Virus record (IMG/VR): IMGVR_UViG_3300036715_000626
Location: 1 to 64,000 of that record
DNA: 64,000 nucleotides
Reading direction: 5' to 3' (one strand)
Shown: in pieces, positions 29,547-40,469 of the stretch
Layout of the letters: every line of letters begins with the position of its first letter
How positions within the stretch are numbered: the stretch's first letter is position 1
Translations under genes and position numbers: made by a program
The notes under the pieces: generated by a model
The model's database searches: none
What the model was told of the DNA's origin: nothing
What the model saw: only the letters and a program-made list of their open reading frames with translations

Positions 29547-30818
29547 ATGAGAAAATTATTCGACATCAGCACAACAGGTCTTTCAATCGAAGAGTTAGAA
29601 CCACTGGTTCCGGAAGAAGGTAGCGATATCTTAGACGTAGCTGTAGACAGTAGCGATGATGAGATTGCATCTGAAAACAGCCAAATGCAAGCGACCCTTA
29701 CAGAGATCGAAACAGCTAACAACGTTGTTGAAGCTATCGATGGTATGATCGCTCAAGATAAAGCAGCTATTGAAGCTGGCGAACCAAGTGATACTTATGT
29801 TAAAATGTCTGTTGAGAACTTCCGTACCGTTCTTTCAGTTGTTGGTTTTAATGTTTCAGTACTTCAAGTCAGTTCTGAGTCATTTACAACTATGACTGCG
29901 TTACAGGTTCTTAACCTCTCTATCGAGGAAAAAGAAGAAGTTAAAAAAGGTATTCTCGGTAAAATCGGAGAAAAAGTTAAAGAAGTCGGTGAACGTTTCA
30001 TGAACACTATGCGACTTATTCGTATCGCTAACATGAATACGCTTAACGTTATTAAAGAAGTACGTTCTCGTATTGCAGCTTCTTCTAAAACACCTAGTAA
30101 GCCGATTAACAATCCTACCAAGAAAACAACTAACCGTTTGTTGTTCTCATTTGCATATCTCAATCTTAAAAAGCTTGATGATGAAAACTATATGAAACTT
30201 TGTAATGGTATCTTTGACTTTATGTTCCAAGTCGATAACATCAAAACAACCAGAGAGAACTTACAAAAACTTGTTACTGGTAACTATATCGATGTCAAGT
30301 TGGCTAGACCGGCTGCTAAAACAGATCTTGATAAAGATATCCTCGAAGCTCTTGATGAAAAACTTACCAAAAAAGGTATCGGCGAAGATAAACTTATCGG
30401 TTACTTCACTACACAATACTGGGACGTCGCTTACTTTAGTAATAAGTACATTGCACAACCTACCGGTATTTGTTTGTACAGCAAAAATCAAAAACCTACA
30501 TTCTTTAAAGGTGCTACGGGTTATCTTGAATTCAACGCTACACATTCATTTGATGCTCTTAAAGAACTTGATGATGTTGAATTACCTAGTATCGAAACGT
30601 TGACTAAAATTGTTAATCGTGTTGAGAAAGCAGTTCACGAATTCGATACTATCCTAGGAGAAATAAATGGTATTCAACGCTCTGTTAATGCTATCGGCGA
30701 CATTTCCCCAATCATCTACTTAAATATTCTTATCCAGCATTTAAGCAGTGCGCGTATGTACTACACCAAAGGTCTGCTACATATGGTCAACACTATGTTG
30801 AAACATTACAAGGCGTAA
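29547..30818 (+). CDS. Internal head protein paralog 4
   Basis: Start ATG 29547 (CAGGAG); LSIE, MSVE, VSSE, LSIE sites in the acidic propeptide. Confidence 0.75.
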   Translation: MRKLFDISTTGLSIEELEPLVPEEGSDILDVAVDSSDDEIASENSQMQATLTEIETANNVVEAIDGMIAQDKAAIEAGEPSDTYVKMSVENFRTVLSVVGFNVSVLQVSSESFTTMTALQVLNLSIEEKEEVKKGILGKIGEKVKEVGERFMNTMRLIRIANMNTLNVIKEVRSRIAASSKTPSKPINNPTKKTTNRLLFSFAYLNLKKLDDENYMKLCNGIFDFMFQVDNIKTTRENLQKLVTGNYIDVKLARPAAKTDLDKDILEALDEKLTKKGIGEDKLIGYFTTQYWDVAYFSNKYIAQPTGICLYSKNQKPTFFKGATGYLEFNATHSFDALKELDDVELPSIETLTKIVNRVEKAVHEFDTILGEINGIQRSVNAIGDISPIIYLNILIQHLSSARMYYTKGLLHMVNTMLKHYKA

Positions 30819-30828
30819 TTCACGTTAT

Positions 30829-30855
30829 ACACTACCTACCACTGGTAGGTAGTGT
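30829..30855. terminator. Hairpin
   Basis: ACACTACCTACCA-C-TGGTAGGTAGTGT. Confidence 0.7.
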
Positions 30856-30900
30856 TAGCTTTATTACTAATTCTTTGATAAATACCTATAAGGAAATACC

Positions 30901-31353
30901 ATGATCCCTCTCCAAAAAGAATCTGTAAACAATCTTAAAAAAGTATTAGTAGTTCCCTCTACAGAAGAACGTGTTGTTGTGTATAACGGAATTGCTACTG
31001 TTGTTACCGCGCAAATTATACAACGCGGACTTATTGAAGGTAAAGATGGGTTAACTAGAGCTAAAATTTATATCAAAGAGTTCGTATTCGCTCTTAATGA
31101 AGTTACTATCGTAGACCGTACTCTTCTAGAGAAAACTATTCTTTGTCATCTTATGTACCGTGTTAACTATCTTAAACCGGATGAAGTATTTGAAAAAGCA
31201 AATACTCTTTCTGATTTCATGGATGTTTTCAAAGTCGATGATTACTTTAGTAAAAGCGAAATCGAACTTATCAATAACAATATCCCGTTGTTTAAACAAA
31301 GTTTGAACTATACTCAAATGGCTATCAACGACATCCTACCTGATATGGACTAA
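30901..31353 (+). CDS. Hypothetical protein, probably virion
   Basis: 150-aa ORF with AAGGAA RBS in the structural block. Confidence 0.7.
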   Translation: MIPLQKESVNNLKKVLVVPSTEERVVVYNGIATVVTAQIIQRGLIEGKDGLTRAKIYIKEFVFALNEVTIVDRTLLEKTILCHLMYRVNYLKPDEVFEKANTLSDFMDVFKVDDYFSKSEIELINNNIPLFKQSLNYTQMAINDILPDMD

Positions 31354-31355
31354 AT

Positions 31356-32291
31356 ATGTTACCTAAAAATGAACCTAGTTTGGATAAAACCAAACTTGCA
31401 GACCACAACATCATAACAAGACTAAAAGATTTTAACGAACAGATCACCGCTAGTGGTGTAGTATCTAGAGAAGATATTTTATCTCTTGAGGAATTTATCG
31501 GGGCAAGCATTATTACTGCTAAATCGCCTATCAATCTCTTTACCGCTACTAAATCTAGTATCGGTCTAAATGTAGTACGTGAAGTTGTTGAATGTGAACT
31601 AGCTGGATCTATCTCAGCTGGTAAAATCACCTATAACGATCTGTATGTAGTTACATCTGAAGTATATGGTAAACTTGATCACATACTTAAGCACCTTGTA
31701 TACCTTAAAAGCGTACCTTCTGAAATTATGGCTCGTTTTCTTAATGAAAAATATATTTGGTCATATGTAAACGAACATGGTATCGAAGGTAATGATATGA
31801 TAGACATAAGTAGTACTCTTCCTGTAATGAGTCTATTCCTGTATCGTAATGATTACCTTAGCGGGATTACTAGCATGATTGATACCTCTAATAGAACATT
31901 TGATAACATTAAACATTTAGCAAATGATTTATTACTTAAACATACTAATGAAGTAAGTACTGATTATACTCCATTGTTATCAGCGATTTACAGTAAATCT
32001 CTTTGGAAACTATTCTATAATGAAGCATATACCTTAGATATCATTACGGTTAGAAATATCGTAGAGATCTATAACGATATCGATTCGGTTATCGAACATT
32101 TTAATGGATTCATCGGAATGGTTAAAACAGACTATGATGATTTAACTGCTAACTACAGTGAATATATGTATAATGATAATAAATGGTTAATGCGTACATA
32201 TAACCATTATCGTAACATAGCGTCAGTTATCAACGATGAAGTGTCAGAAACGATTCTCGATATCCTCAAACAGTTTAAACAAGAATACTAA
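31356..32291 (+). CDS. Hypothetical protein, probably head protein
   Basis: 311 aa; GVVSREDILSLE..N.FT...S..GL pattern like phiKZ-type head proteins. Confidence 0.65.
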   Translation: MLPKNEPSLDKTKLADHNIITRLKDFNEQITASGVVSREDILSLEEFIGASIITAKSPINLFTATKSSIGLNVVREVVECELAGSISAGKITYNDLYVVTSEVYGKLDHILKHLVYLKSVPSEIMARFLNEKYIWSYVNEHGIEGNDMIDISSTLPVMSLFLYRNDYLSGITSMIDTSNRTFDNIKHLANDLLLKHTNEVSTDYTPLLSAIYSKSLWKLFYNEAYTLDIITVRNIVEIYNDIDSVIEHFNGFIGMVKTDYDDLTANYSEYMYNDNKWLMRTYNHYRNIASVINDEVSETILDILKQFKQEY

Positions 32292-32293
32292 AT

Positions 32294-32327
32294 ACATATA
32301 CTACTGGGGTACCCCAGTAGTATATGT
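32294..32327. terminator. Perfect 34-bp palindrome between convergent genes
   Basis: ACATATACTACTGGGGT|ACCCCAGTAGTATATGT. Confidence 0.75.
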
Positions 32328-35182
32328 TATATTGTTTGTATTGTTAAGTTGATATCGTACTTAACGATTAACTCGTTATTCTTGTTTAACTCAAGTATCT
32401 TAGCAACTACTAACCGCGCAGTCTTATCGTTAATGATAAACGTTTCCATATCTCCGAATTCATCGATACCAGTAACCTTTACACCAACTACTGTAGAACC
32501 TAAGGTAGAAATAATCTCTGCTTTAATATCTGTAAGACTAATGGTTATCCCGTCAAGATGTTTATGAAGAATCCCGCCAATAGTGTTTTTCATATCATCG
32601 ATTTCTGTAGCAGTAAATGATGCTTTAGTTGTATATATAACTATTTTAGGATGTACCACATATTTCATACTTTTAACGATACTGTTAAGTTTAACATTAA
32701 CATCACGTGCTGTTTTATAAGACTTAAGTAGTATCTCTGTATTTTCAATCATCTTATCATTAAGAAGTGGTAGGTCAGCTACTAACCAGTTATCCATAAG
32801 ATCTAGTGTTGTAGCTAAGTAATTAATATGTGGAGTAGAGTTAGCTAATTTATACTCATACTCTAACATACAGATATCGATATAACGAATAACACCGCCA
32901 GTAGTATCGATTTTCGGTAACATATTGTCGTCGAGAATAATATCGCCTTTCTTATACTTATAAACTTGATCACCATTAGCATCTAGAACCGGAGCACCTT
33001 TATGGTGGGTTATATTATAAGCTATGTTACCAGCATTATCACAAGATATTGCGGTTCCTGTAACCGGATCAAGTTCAAATACATCCGTATCGTAATATAA
33101 CGGCATGTCATGTGTGTATGTCTGATATTTACGCTCGGTATACGCATTATACATACGGTTCCATAAGTAATTTAACTGCGTGCCAAGTTTAAGAGTAATG
33201 TTCTCTTTACTTAGAACAGTTAACGCTGAACTGTTAGTAACTGTGATATCGGATGTTAGATAATTTGTACTATCGACTAAAGACGAGTCTAAAGTATACA
33301 AATAAATGGTGGCGTCCGTTGTTATGTTAATTAACTTAGTATAGATATTAGAGACCCCGTTAGTTATCTCAAGATAGTTATCTTTGTTAATGTAAAGATT
33401 CGTAGAAATATCAAATGTCATATACTCAGTAAGTACGTCATAAACGCCAGGAATACTTACATATGTAGTACCACCAAATAACGGTATGGTTAACTGTGCT
33501 CCAAACATACCGATATCTAAATTCTTAAAGTTATCATCGCTAACAACTGTTAGATAGATTCTATAACAATCAGTTAGTTTAACTACGGTAAACTTATCGA
33601 CATTACAACTAGGCGCTACATTAGGGTTCTTACCAGAGATCTTCAAATTACTGATCATTGGTCTATCCATATCATACACACGTGTTTTAATAGCGGAATC
33701 GGTTTTATCTATAATATAATAATACGGCGTATAGAAATACTGTTTAGTATTAAAATACTGTATGATATCATTATTGGTCATAAGTTTAATTAAGGCTAAT
33801 TCATTATCTGTAAGAATAGTTACAATATTGTTTTCTTCTTTAAATACTGTCCCGGATTTAATAATAAAAATATCATTAACGTCGTCGATATACACTTGTG
33901 AATTAGCCGTTAATAGACCTAACTCTACTGTGGTTGTGTTAAAGAATATATCTTGTCTAGCAAGAATAAGTTTAGAGGTTAATTCCGGAGTATTCTTAGT
34001 AGCTATAAACAAACGGTCAGTGATAATATCAGCTGCTTTAAAGATATCAAAGCTATTGAAGTTAGTAAGTCTGTTAATAGCATCAAAGGTAATCGGTGTA
34101 TCAATAGCACCTGTAGCATTGTTTATGATAGAACTACGCAGAGCTTCAAGTGTAATACTGTTAGATCCACCTTCTACAATTGACGAACTGTTTGCTAATA
34201 TAGAAATAGACGTTACTGTTGACGCAGCGTTACTACCGGTAGAATCTCCAAAATTGATTTTGAAATCTTGAAGTGTGTATTTGTTAATCGGTAGATAAAG
34301 ATAGCCTTCTGTTTCATAGGTCTCGATAATAATTACGCCTGAGACGTTACCATCCACAATGTATACATCCGGAACACGATACAGGATCTCTTTTCCATTA
34401 ATCGAAATAAACACTGATGGTGTTGTAGGATCTACGTATTCTTCATTGTGAGACTTAACTAACTTAGCTTCAGTGTTATTAGTATAAGCATTCTTATAAG
34501 TCACATTAGAATAAAAATAATCATTCGTAATAGATGCGTTATAACTGAAACCTTCACCTCTGATAATACTTTCACTGTAGATGTTTCGTTTAACTTGACG
34601 CATACGGGTTTCAAAGATTATCCAAGAAATCTGAGTAGTATCGTTTGTAATAGCATTAGATAAAATACCTAAATCATTTACAGCAATATCTGAACCATTA
34701 GCGAATTGCTCTACAAAGACGCCGCCGGTATCGTATAGTTTAATACTGATATCATTAAGTAACGTAAAGGTGGTATTTAAGATAACGACCTCTGTATATT
34801 TAGGAATAATTGTTTCTACATAGTCTGTTCCAGACTTTCGATAACCTTTGTTTCTTAAATCTAAGACATTAATATAAAATACAATATTAGTTTCAGAAGG
34901 TACTGCAAACATATTTGTTAATTCAGCGTCTGAAAGATGGTGTACTAGATCGGTAGCTGATAACGCTAATTTAGGATATTTCTTACGAATGATGGCTCTG
35001 CCTTCAGCAGAAGCACTAGCTGATAACACAGCTGTGGATTCCAACAACATAGAGAATGGGTTCGTAGGATCGCTTATAGCTAGCGTATTATCACTAGCTT
35101 GGTCGATATACTCCAAAATCGTTTGTTGCACTTTGGTTGGATCGTATACGTATTGTAACATATCAGTTTTTGAAAGAGACAT
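32327..35182 (-). CDS. Large virion structural protein (phiKZ gp87-like, probable baseplate)
   Basis: DPTNPFSMLLE, YPKLA, L.HHLSD, DIITDRLFIA, YTPYYY, HHKG.PVLDANG motifs. Confidence 0.8.
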   Translation of the reverse strand: MSLSKTDMLQYVYDPTKVQQTILEYIDQASDNTLAISDPTNPFSMLLESTAVLSASASAEGRAIIRKKYPKLALSATDLVHHLSDAELTNMFAVPSETNIVFYINVLDLRNKGYRKSGTDYVETIIPKYTEVVILNTTFTLLNDISIKLYDTGGVFVEQFANGSDIAVNDLGILSNAITNDTTQISWIIFETRMRQVKRNIYSESIIRGEGFSYNASITNDYFYSNVTYKNAYTNNTEAKLVKSHNEEYVDPTTPSVFISINGKEILYRVPDVYIVDGNVSGVIIIETYETEGYLYLPINKYTLQDFKINFGDSTGSNAASTVTSISILANSSSIVEGGSNSITLEALRSSIINNATGAIDTPITFDAINRLTNFNSFDIFKAADIITDRLFIATKNTPELTSKLILARQDIFFNTTTVELGLLTANSQVYIDDVNDIFIIKSGTVFKEENNIVTILTDNELALIKLMTNNDIIQYFNTKQYFYTPYYYIIDKTDSAIKTRVYDMDRPMISNLKISGKNPNVAPSCNVDKFTVVKLTDCYRIYLTVVSDDNFKNLDIGMFGAQLTIPLFGGTTYVSIPGVYDVLTEYMTFDISTNLYINKDNYLEITNGVSNIYTKLINITTDATIYLYTLDSSLVDSTNYLTSDITVTNSSALTVLSKENITLKLGTQLNYLWNRMYNAYTERKYQTYTHDMPLYYDTDVFELDPVTGTAISCDNAGNIAYNITHHKGAPVLDANGDQVYKYKKGDIILDDNMLPKIDTTGGVIRYIDICMLEYEYKLANSTPHINYLATTLDLMDNWLVADLPLLNDKMIENTEILLKSYKTARDVNVKLNSIVKSMKYVVHPKIVIYTTKASFTATEIDDMKNTIGGILHKHLDGITISLTDIKAEIISTLGSTVVGVKVTGIDEFGDMETFIINDKTARLVVAKILELNKNNELIVKYDINLTIQTI

Positions 35183-35245
35183 AGTATTCCTTTATTTATT
35201 TTTTATACTAACACGATATTCCGTCTAATGGTTACCTTGTCTTAA

Positions 35246-36319
35246 TTAGTTCATAATGTTTTTATACGTCTGACTGTCAGATCTAACATACCACTCTAAC
35301 TGAAGATATTTTGGATTGATATACGGATATCCTCGGTTATTGAATAATGATAATAACTCAAGCGGTATCTCTACCATATTACCACTGTATGGTTTACCAT
35401 TAGCCTTAGCATTAACAAGGTCCCGCATATCCTTATTGAAGATACCGGTAGTTCGATTGAACTCGTCAATTAGTATATCATCATTGTACATAGCACCCAT
35501 GCATTTGAAACGAATGTTGATATCTTTGTTCTGGTCGTTATAGTTCTGAGAATCTGAAAAGTCAAACATTCTACCGGTAGGAACATTCACTGGAAAACTC
35601 GCACCAGTGGCAGCTATCTTTTTAACGAAACGTTTAGACTCATCTAGTATAACTCGGTAGATACGAGTGTTGTAATCAATTTCATTTTCACGTATCATAT
35701 CTAAATAAGGCGACATCATACCTTCAAATACTTCTGATATATATTTAACCCATGTTTCCATCATTAACACGATTGGCTCGTCACGAACATTTCTAAACGT
35801 ACAGTCCATATCAAACGCATCTAAAACTTCAGTATAACCATCTCCAATAGACCACTGCTGTCCTCTGACACCTTGTTTAGAAGTAAAGGTTGGTAATACT
35901 ATGTCTGGCCATCCAGACATGTTCTTGATAGTGTTTGTTAGAATTGGAATAAACGCCATTTCGTTATCCACCAATAATGATCTAATTGGTTTTGTATCAT
36001 GGGTATATAATCTAGGATCTAACATATTACGTACGTACATATGAATACTTTGTTTATTACTAGAGAGCAATGAATACATTGTTCGGATATTACGTATATT
36101 AACAGTAGTCAGGTTTAACTGTGGTCTTGTAAAAAATGCTAACCCGAAACTATCTTTATTATCTTGGATCATAGGTTTAATAGTTTGATGGTTAATACCG
36201 TATAGATTATTCGATAGAGCTTTATCTAAACTACCTATATACTGGGTTTTAGCGAAAAAATCATCTAATGATTCTATCTTCGACAGATCGTATGTATCTG
36301 ATTTACCATTTAGCGCCAT
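35246..36319 (-). CDS. Virion structural protein (phiKZ gp88-like)
   Basis: YGINH, GLAFFTRPQLNL, FIPILTN, SGWPD, EIDYNTRIYR. Start set at ATG 36319. Confidence 0.8.
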   Translation of the reverse strand: MALNGKSDTYDLSKIESLDDFFAKTQYIGSLDKALSNNLYGINHQTIKPMIQDNKDSFGLAFFTRPQLNLTTVNIRNIRTMYSLLSSNKQSIHMYVRNMLDPRLYTHDTKPIRSLLVDNEMAFIPILTNTIKNMSGWPDIVLPTFTSKQGVRGQQWSIGDGYTEVLDAFDMDCTFRNVRDEPIVLMMETWVKYISEVFEGMMSPYLDMIRENEIDYNTRIYRVILDESKRFVKKIAATGASFPVNVPTGRMFDFSDSQNYNDQNKDINIRFKCMGAMYNDDILIDEFNRTTGIFNKDMRDLVNAKANGKPYSGNMVEIPLELLSLFNNRGYPYINPKYLQLEWYVRSDSQTYKNIMN

Positions 36320-36400
36320 AAAAAATCCTCTTATAATTATCTTAATCAAAGATATCTATCAATATTAATGATTATATTACGATAAAAGGGGAATACTAAG

Positions 36401-37606
36401 ATGGGAATTATGGCCGGCTTAGGATTAATAAAAACAATTTTAGATGTCAAACGCGATTTAGATAGTTCAACCCCTCCAGGAGAAGTAGCTAAACGTATAA
36501 ACGAAGCTACTAAACATATAGGTCTGGTGATGACAGATGGTTCTATTACAAAACTTGTAAGCCAAACAATTATCGAACCTATTGCTATCGTTAGTAAAGA
36601 CTTACGTCAAGAAGATATCATTCAGAAAGTACTTGAACTTAATACGGATATCTTTACTGGTTTCTATATGCAAGCATATGAAATTCTTAAAAATCTTTAT
36701 GGGGTAAACTCACAAACGGTTGTAAAGTTGCTTGGTACTGATAACAGTTCTTTAGTAGGGCTGTTGGTAACAAAAGGTGGCGGGTATATCGCTGGTAAAG
36801 CAGTTCCTTCTGCAGAGGAACTCATGACTGAAGAATTTGATTTCTTCTCTGATTTACAAAATGGTCTTAAGTTTACTATGTCTATAGAAGCTAAAGGTGA
36901 CAACGATAATAACATGAAAACGTCACGACCTTCTTTAGACTCTAAAAGTACTTCAGATGATAACCTATCTGGTATACTTCAGCGTCAAGTTGAGCTGGTT
37001 ATTGATGTTGGTAGTGATGGCGATACCCATAAAATAATTCTACCTATGACTATCAAAACGCATGTCATCTTTACCGATGTTGACAGCATTATTCGTTTAC
37101 TAACTCCAAATGCTTATGATAAATCATTTGGGTATCGTTTAGACGAGTATCGTTCTGGCGCTATCTCTTTAACAGATCTTGTATTTGCCACTGATTTGAT
37201 TAAAGAGTATAAACAAAATAAACTTGCTGATAAAGATGGTTTAATTACCTTGTTAAACAGACGTACTGAATCCGGCAACAGTAAGATGGTCGCCACTAAA
37301 GGTATTGCTGGTTTTGAAAAGAATTACAACATGTTTGTAATCACAGCCTACGATCAAGTTAAAATTGAAAAACAATTACATGGTAAACTCGCTAACGAAG
37401 TTTACAAACAAAAGTTCTTGGAACAAGGCGGCGGGTTACTTGTAACAATCATCGATCAAGACCATGAGCGTATTCTTATGTATACCCGTGACATACGCGG
37501 AACATCAGATCTTTCATTTAGAGCATTACAAAAACGTAATGCTAAATCAAATGACTTTGAAGAGATTATCAAAGCCATTCTTACAAACAGACCACCCGTT
37601 TTTTAA
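36401..37606 (+). CDS. Virion head protein (phiKZ gp89-like)
   Basis: IEPIAIV, MSIE site, RSGAIS..DLVF..DLIKEY. Confidence 0.7.
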   Translation: MGIMAGLGLIKTILDVKRDLDSSTPPGEVAKRINEATKHIGLVMTDGSITKLVSQTIIEPIAIVSKDLRQEDIIQKVLELNTDIFTGFYMQAYEILKNLYGVNSQTVVKLLGTDNSSLVGLLVTKGGGYIAGKAVPSAEELMTEEFDFFSDLQNGLKFTMSIEAKGDNDNNMKTSRPSLDSKSTSDDNLSGILQRQVELVIDVGSDGDTHKIILPMTIKTHVIFTDVDSIIRLLTPNAYDKSFGYRLDEYRSGAISLTDLVFATDLIKEYKQNKLADKDGLITLLNRRTESGNSKMVATKGIAGFEKNYNMFVITAYDQVKIEKQLHGKLANEVYKQKFLEQGGGLLVTIIDQDHERILMYTRDIRGTSDLSFRALQKRNAKSNDFEEIIKAILTNRPPVF

Positions 37607-37621
37607 TATAAAGGAATAAAC

Positions 37622-38497
37622 ATGTTTAACGTTAACGGCATTCTAACATACATTAAAAATATGTTTCACACAGTAAATAAAGATGATGTTCTTAAAACAG
37701 CTGAGTTTGTATTTACCAATCTAAACAAAGATGTTATTCCTGCGATAGACGAGATGATTGCTAATGGTGATATCAAAGCTATCAAGGATAGTAACATACT
37801 TAACCTAGTTGCTATCAACTCTGGTCTTAAGTTTAAAGATAACAAAGACTTCTTGATTAAACTAAAAGCAGTATTGGTAAGCATTAACTCTACATATAAA
37901 CTATTCGTAGATACTATTCAAAATGAGCTTAGTGAAGTTATTACCGATACTGCCGCTTCTCCAAAAGATGCTGCGATTCTTAAGATCCTTAATGATATCG
38001 GCGGTATGAATATATTTATTCTTGATCTTTCATACTACATTATTATGGAAAAAGATTCTGGCGGTATGTCTAAGAAAAAGATCGCTATGATCCAAGAGAC
38101 GGCTTACGATTTTGCTATCAGTGTCAAAGCTTATAGTGTTAATTTTGAGAAGCTTATTAAAGACTTACCTAAGGTATCTAACACTACTATCAATATTAGT
38201 GATGGTAAAGATAGTATGTTACAGAGCTTGATCGCGCATACTGGGATATCTTTATCGTTACCTTTTACGAAAGGTTTTGTAAATAACCCTATTTACCATA
38301 TCCGTATGTGGATGGTGGATCGAGAGATCGCTAAATACGAATCTCTAAAAGAGCGTAAGAAACTTATCGAACTTCGTTTGATGGAACTTAAGCTTGAAGA
38401 AGAAGGGCAAGCCGATCCTAAACTTCGAAAACAGATTGAGTATTACGAGGAACGTCTTAGTAAGCTTGATTATGAAATCGATAAACTTGAAAAATAG
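37622..38497 (+). CDS. Virion head protein (phiKZ gp90-like)
   Basis: GFVNNPIYHIRM and C-terminal coiled coil ELRL...DPKL.KQIEYY. Confidence 0.75.
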   Translation: MFNVNGILTYIKNMFHTVNKDDVLKTAEFVFTNLNKDVIPAIDEMIANGDIKAIKDSNILNLVAINSGLKFKDNKDFLIKLKAVLVSINSTYKLFVDTIQNELSEVITDTAASPKDAAILKILNDIGGMNIFILDLSYYIIMEKDSGGMSKKKIAMIQETAYDFAISVKAYSVNFEKLIKDLPKVSNTTINISDGKDSMLQSLIAHTGISLSLPFTKGFVNNPIYHIRMWMVDREIAKYESLKERKKLIELRLMELKLEEEGQADPKLRKQIEYYEERLSKLDYEIDKLEK

Positions 38498-38573
38498 CGG
38501 CGTTTACTAACCGCACGCACGGTTAGTTATTTTTTGCAAAAAATAAACCAAAACAAAAAAACGGAGAATTACC

Positions 38574-39911
38574 ATGGCACGACCAACATTATTCGGATCA
38601 CTTTCGGCAGAAGACCTAGATTCAGAAATCGGCGGAGTAGGTGAAGCACCTGCGATTGACGTAGAAGACGCACTTGAAGGCGATGAAGCGGCTGATGAAG
38701 CAGCTGAAATCACTGCTGAAATTCAACAAGACCAAGCATCTATGGAAGATGCAATGGAAGTTGCTGAAGAACTCGAAGAAAAAGTTGAAGAGAATGAAGC
38801 TCTTCTCGAAAAACCAGAAGAAATCACTGAGACGGCAGTTGTCGTAGCTCAAGAGTCTTTGAAAACTGCTATGCGTCTTCTTGGTGCTCCTTCTGATATG
38901 ATCACGGTTCCATCTATGGAAGCGGTTAAAGAAAACCCAGCATCTTCACTTCGTTTGTCTAATGAAAGTATGAAAGAGTTCGTTGTTAAAATCGCTGAAA
39001 CCATCAAAGCAATCTTTGCTAAAATTATCAACTCGATCAAAAAACTTTGGACCAAACTTGTTGTCGTTACTAACAGATCTACCAAGCTTGCTGTTGCAAT
39101 GCGCGCCGGTCTTAAAAACTACGATGACAAAGATGCCAAATTTGACGAAGCAGCTGTAAAAGCAGCTATCGGTAAAATCGGTGTTGTTGCATTCGCTAAC
39201 GGCGGATCACTTGAAGGTGGTGCTATTGTTACCGCTATCAATGAGTACTTGAAAGAAACTACCGATGTGGCTGCGGTTAAAAAATACGCTACTTCTCTTG
39301 CTGGTATGCACAAAGATATCGAAGGTTTTATCACTTCTGGTAAAGCTATTACCGAACAGGGTCTTGTTGATTCACTCATAGGCGTATTCAAACCAAATGG
39401 TAAACTTGCTTCTGTTCTCGGAGAACATATTGCTAAAGGTGTGAAAGATTTAGCCGCACTACCAGTTAAATTTAATGGTACTTCTATTAAGTATATAAAA
39501 TTCTCTGGATTTGACAGTTTGAAAACACTTTCTATCGGAACAGGTTCATATAGCCTTTCTAAAGAAGAGCAAGCTGGTCTTAAAATCGGTTGCGCGTCTG
39601 CTAAAGATGTTGCTATTATCCTTAACGGTGTTAAGAAAGCCAGTGATTCTTCAAAAGGCTATGCTGATGAAGCTATTAAACTTCTTAATACTGAAACTTC
39701 GTTCATCGATACTGTCGCTAAGAAAGGATTCTCTTCTGATGATGCTGAACTCCGTATCGCTGTTACTAAATCGCTTAACGCATGTAAAACAATTGCTACT
39801 ACTGCTGCTCTCGATGGTATCCTCGGTCAAGTTGCTGCAACTAAAGACGTTCTCGGATACTGCGGTGTCTGTATGAAAGCTTATACTAAAAAAGGCGCGA
39901 AAGCTGCTTAA
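38574..39911 (+). CDS. Internal head protein paralog 5, likely abundant
   Basis: LSAE, AQE, PSME, LSNE sites; CGGAG RBS; strongly biased codons (GCT, GAA, ATC). Confidence 0.8.
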   Translation: MARPTLFGSLSAEDLDSEIGGVGEAPAIDVEDALEGDEAADEAAEITAEIQQDQASMEDAMEVAEELEEKVEENEALLEKPEEITETAVVVAQESLKTAMRLLGAPSDMITVPSMEAVKENPASSLRLSNESMKEFVVKIAETIKAIFAKIINSIKKLWTKLVVVTNRSTKLAVAMRAGLKNYDDKDAKFDEAAVKAAIGKIGVVAFANGGSLEGGAIVTAINEYLKETTDVAAVKKYATSLAGMHKDIEGFITSGKAITEQGLVDSLIGVFKPNGKLASVLGEHIAKGVKDLAALPVKFNGTSIKYIKFSGFDSLKTLSIGTGSYSLSKEEQAGLKIGCASAKDVAIILNGVKKASDSSKGYADEAIKLLNTETSFIDTVAKKGFSSDDAELRIAVTKSLNACKTIATTAALDGILGQVAATKDVLGYCGVCMKAYTKKGAKAA

Positions 39912-39920
39912 CTAAACACT

Positions 39921-39956
39921 CTATAACACTAACTGGATATCCAGTTAGTGTTATAG
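39921..39956. terminator. Perfect 36-bp palindrome
   Basis: CTATAACACTAACTGGAT|ATCCAGTTAGTGTTATAG. Confidence 0.75.
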
Positions 39957-40001
39957 TTTATATTCTTCTTTGATAAGCAAAACCTATTATGAGGAATACC
40001 T

Positions 40002-40469
40002 ATGCCATTAAGCGACACAACAACTAAAGATGCTTTAGATACACTTACGTTACTAGAGGAAGAATATCGTACAGGAGCTTACCGTAAAAATCCTAGTATG
40101 TTTATTCGTAAACTTGTAAAAGTATACAAAATGATCGTAGGTGAATTTGATCCTAGTAACAAAGTTAACATTACTTCTGTTATTAACAAACTGAAAGATC
40201 GTGACTACAAAGTAGAACCTATTGATAACCTGTTCTTACAGGATCTAATACGTTTCCTTTACACGGACGAAGATGTTTCGTTTACCAAGTATATTGTTGT
40301 AGGACCAGCTACTAAACGAGTACCGATTAAAATCGTATACCCTAAAACAAACAAAGCTTATACTAAGATCTATAGCGAGTTAGATTATATCTTTAGTAAG
40401 GGCGGTACTGAAACTGCATTACTGATTGCTAAATTCTTATTTAAAGTATTTGCGGATGATCAAAACTAA
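40002..40469 (+). CDS. Hypothetical protein
   Basis: 155-aa ORF, GAGGAA RBS. Confidence 0.7.
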   Translation: MPLSDTTTKDALDTLTLLEEEYRTGAYRKNPSMFIRKLVKVYKMIVGEFDPSNKVNITSVINKLKDRDYKVEPIDNLFLQDLIRFLYTDEDVSFTKYIVVGPATKRVPIKIVYPKTNKAYTKIYSELDYIFSKGGTETALLIAKFLFKVFADDQN

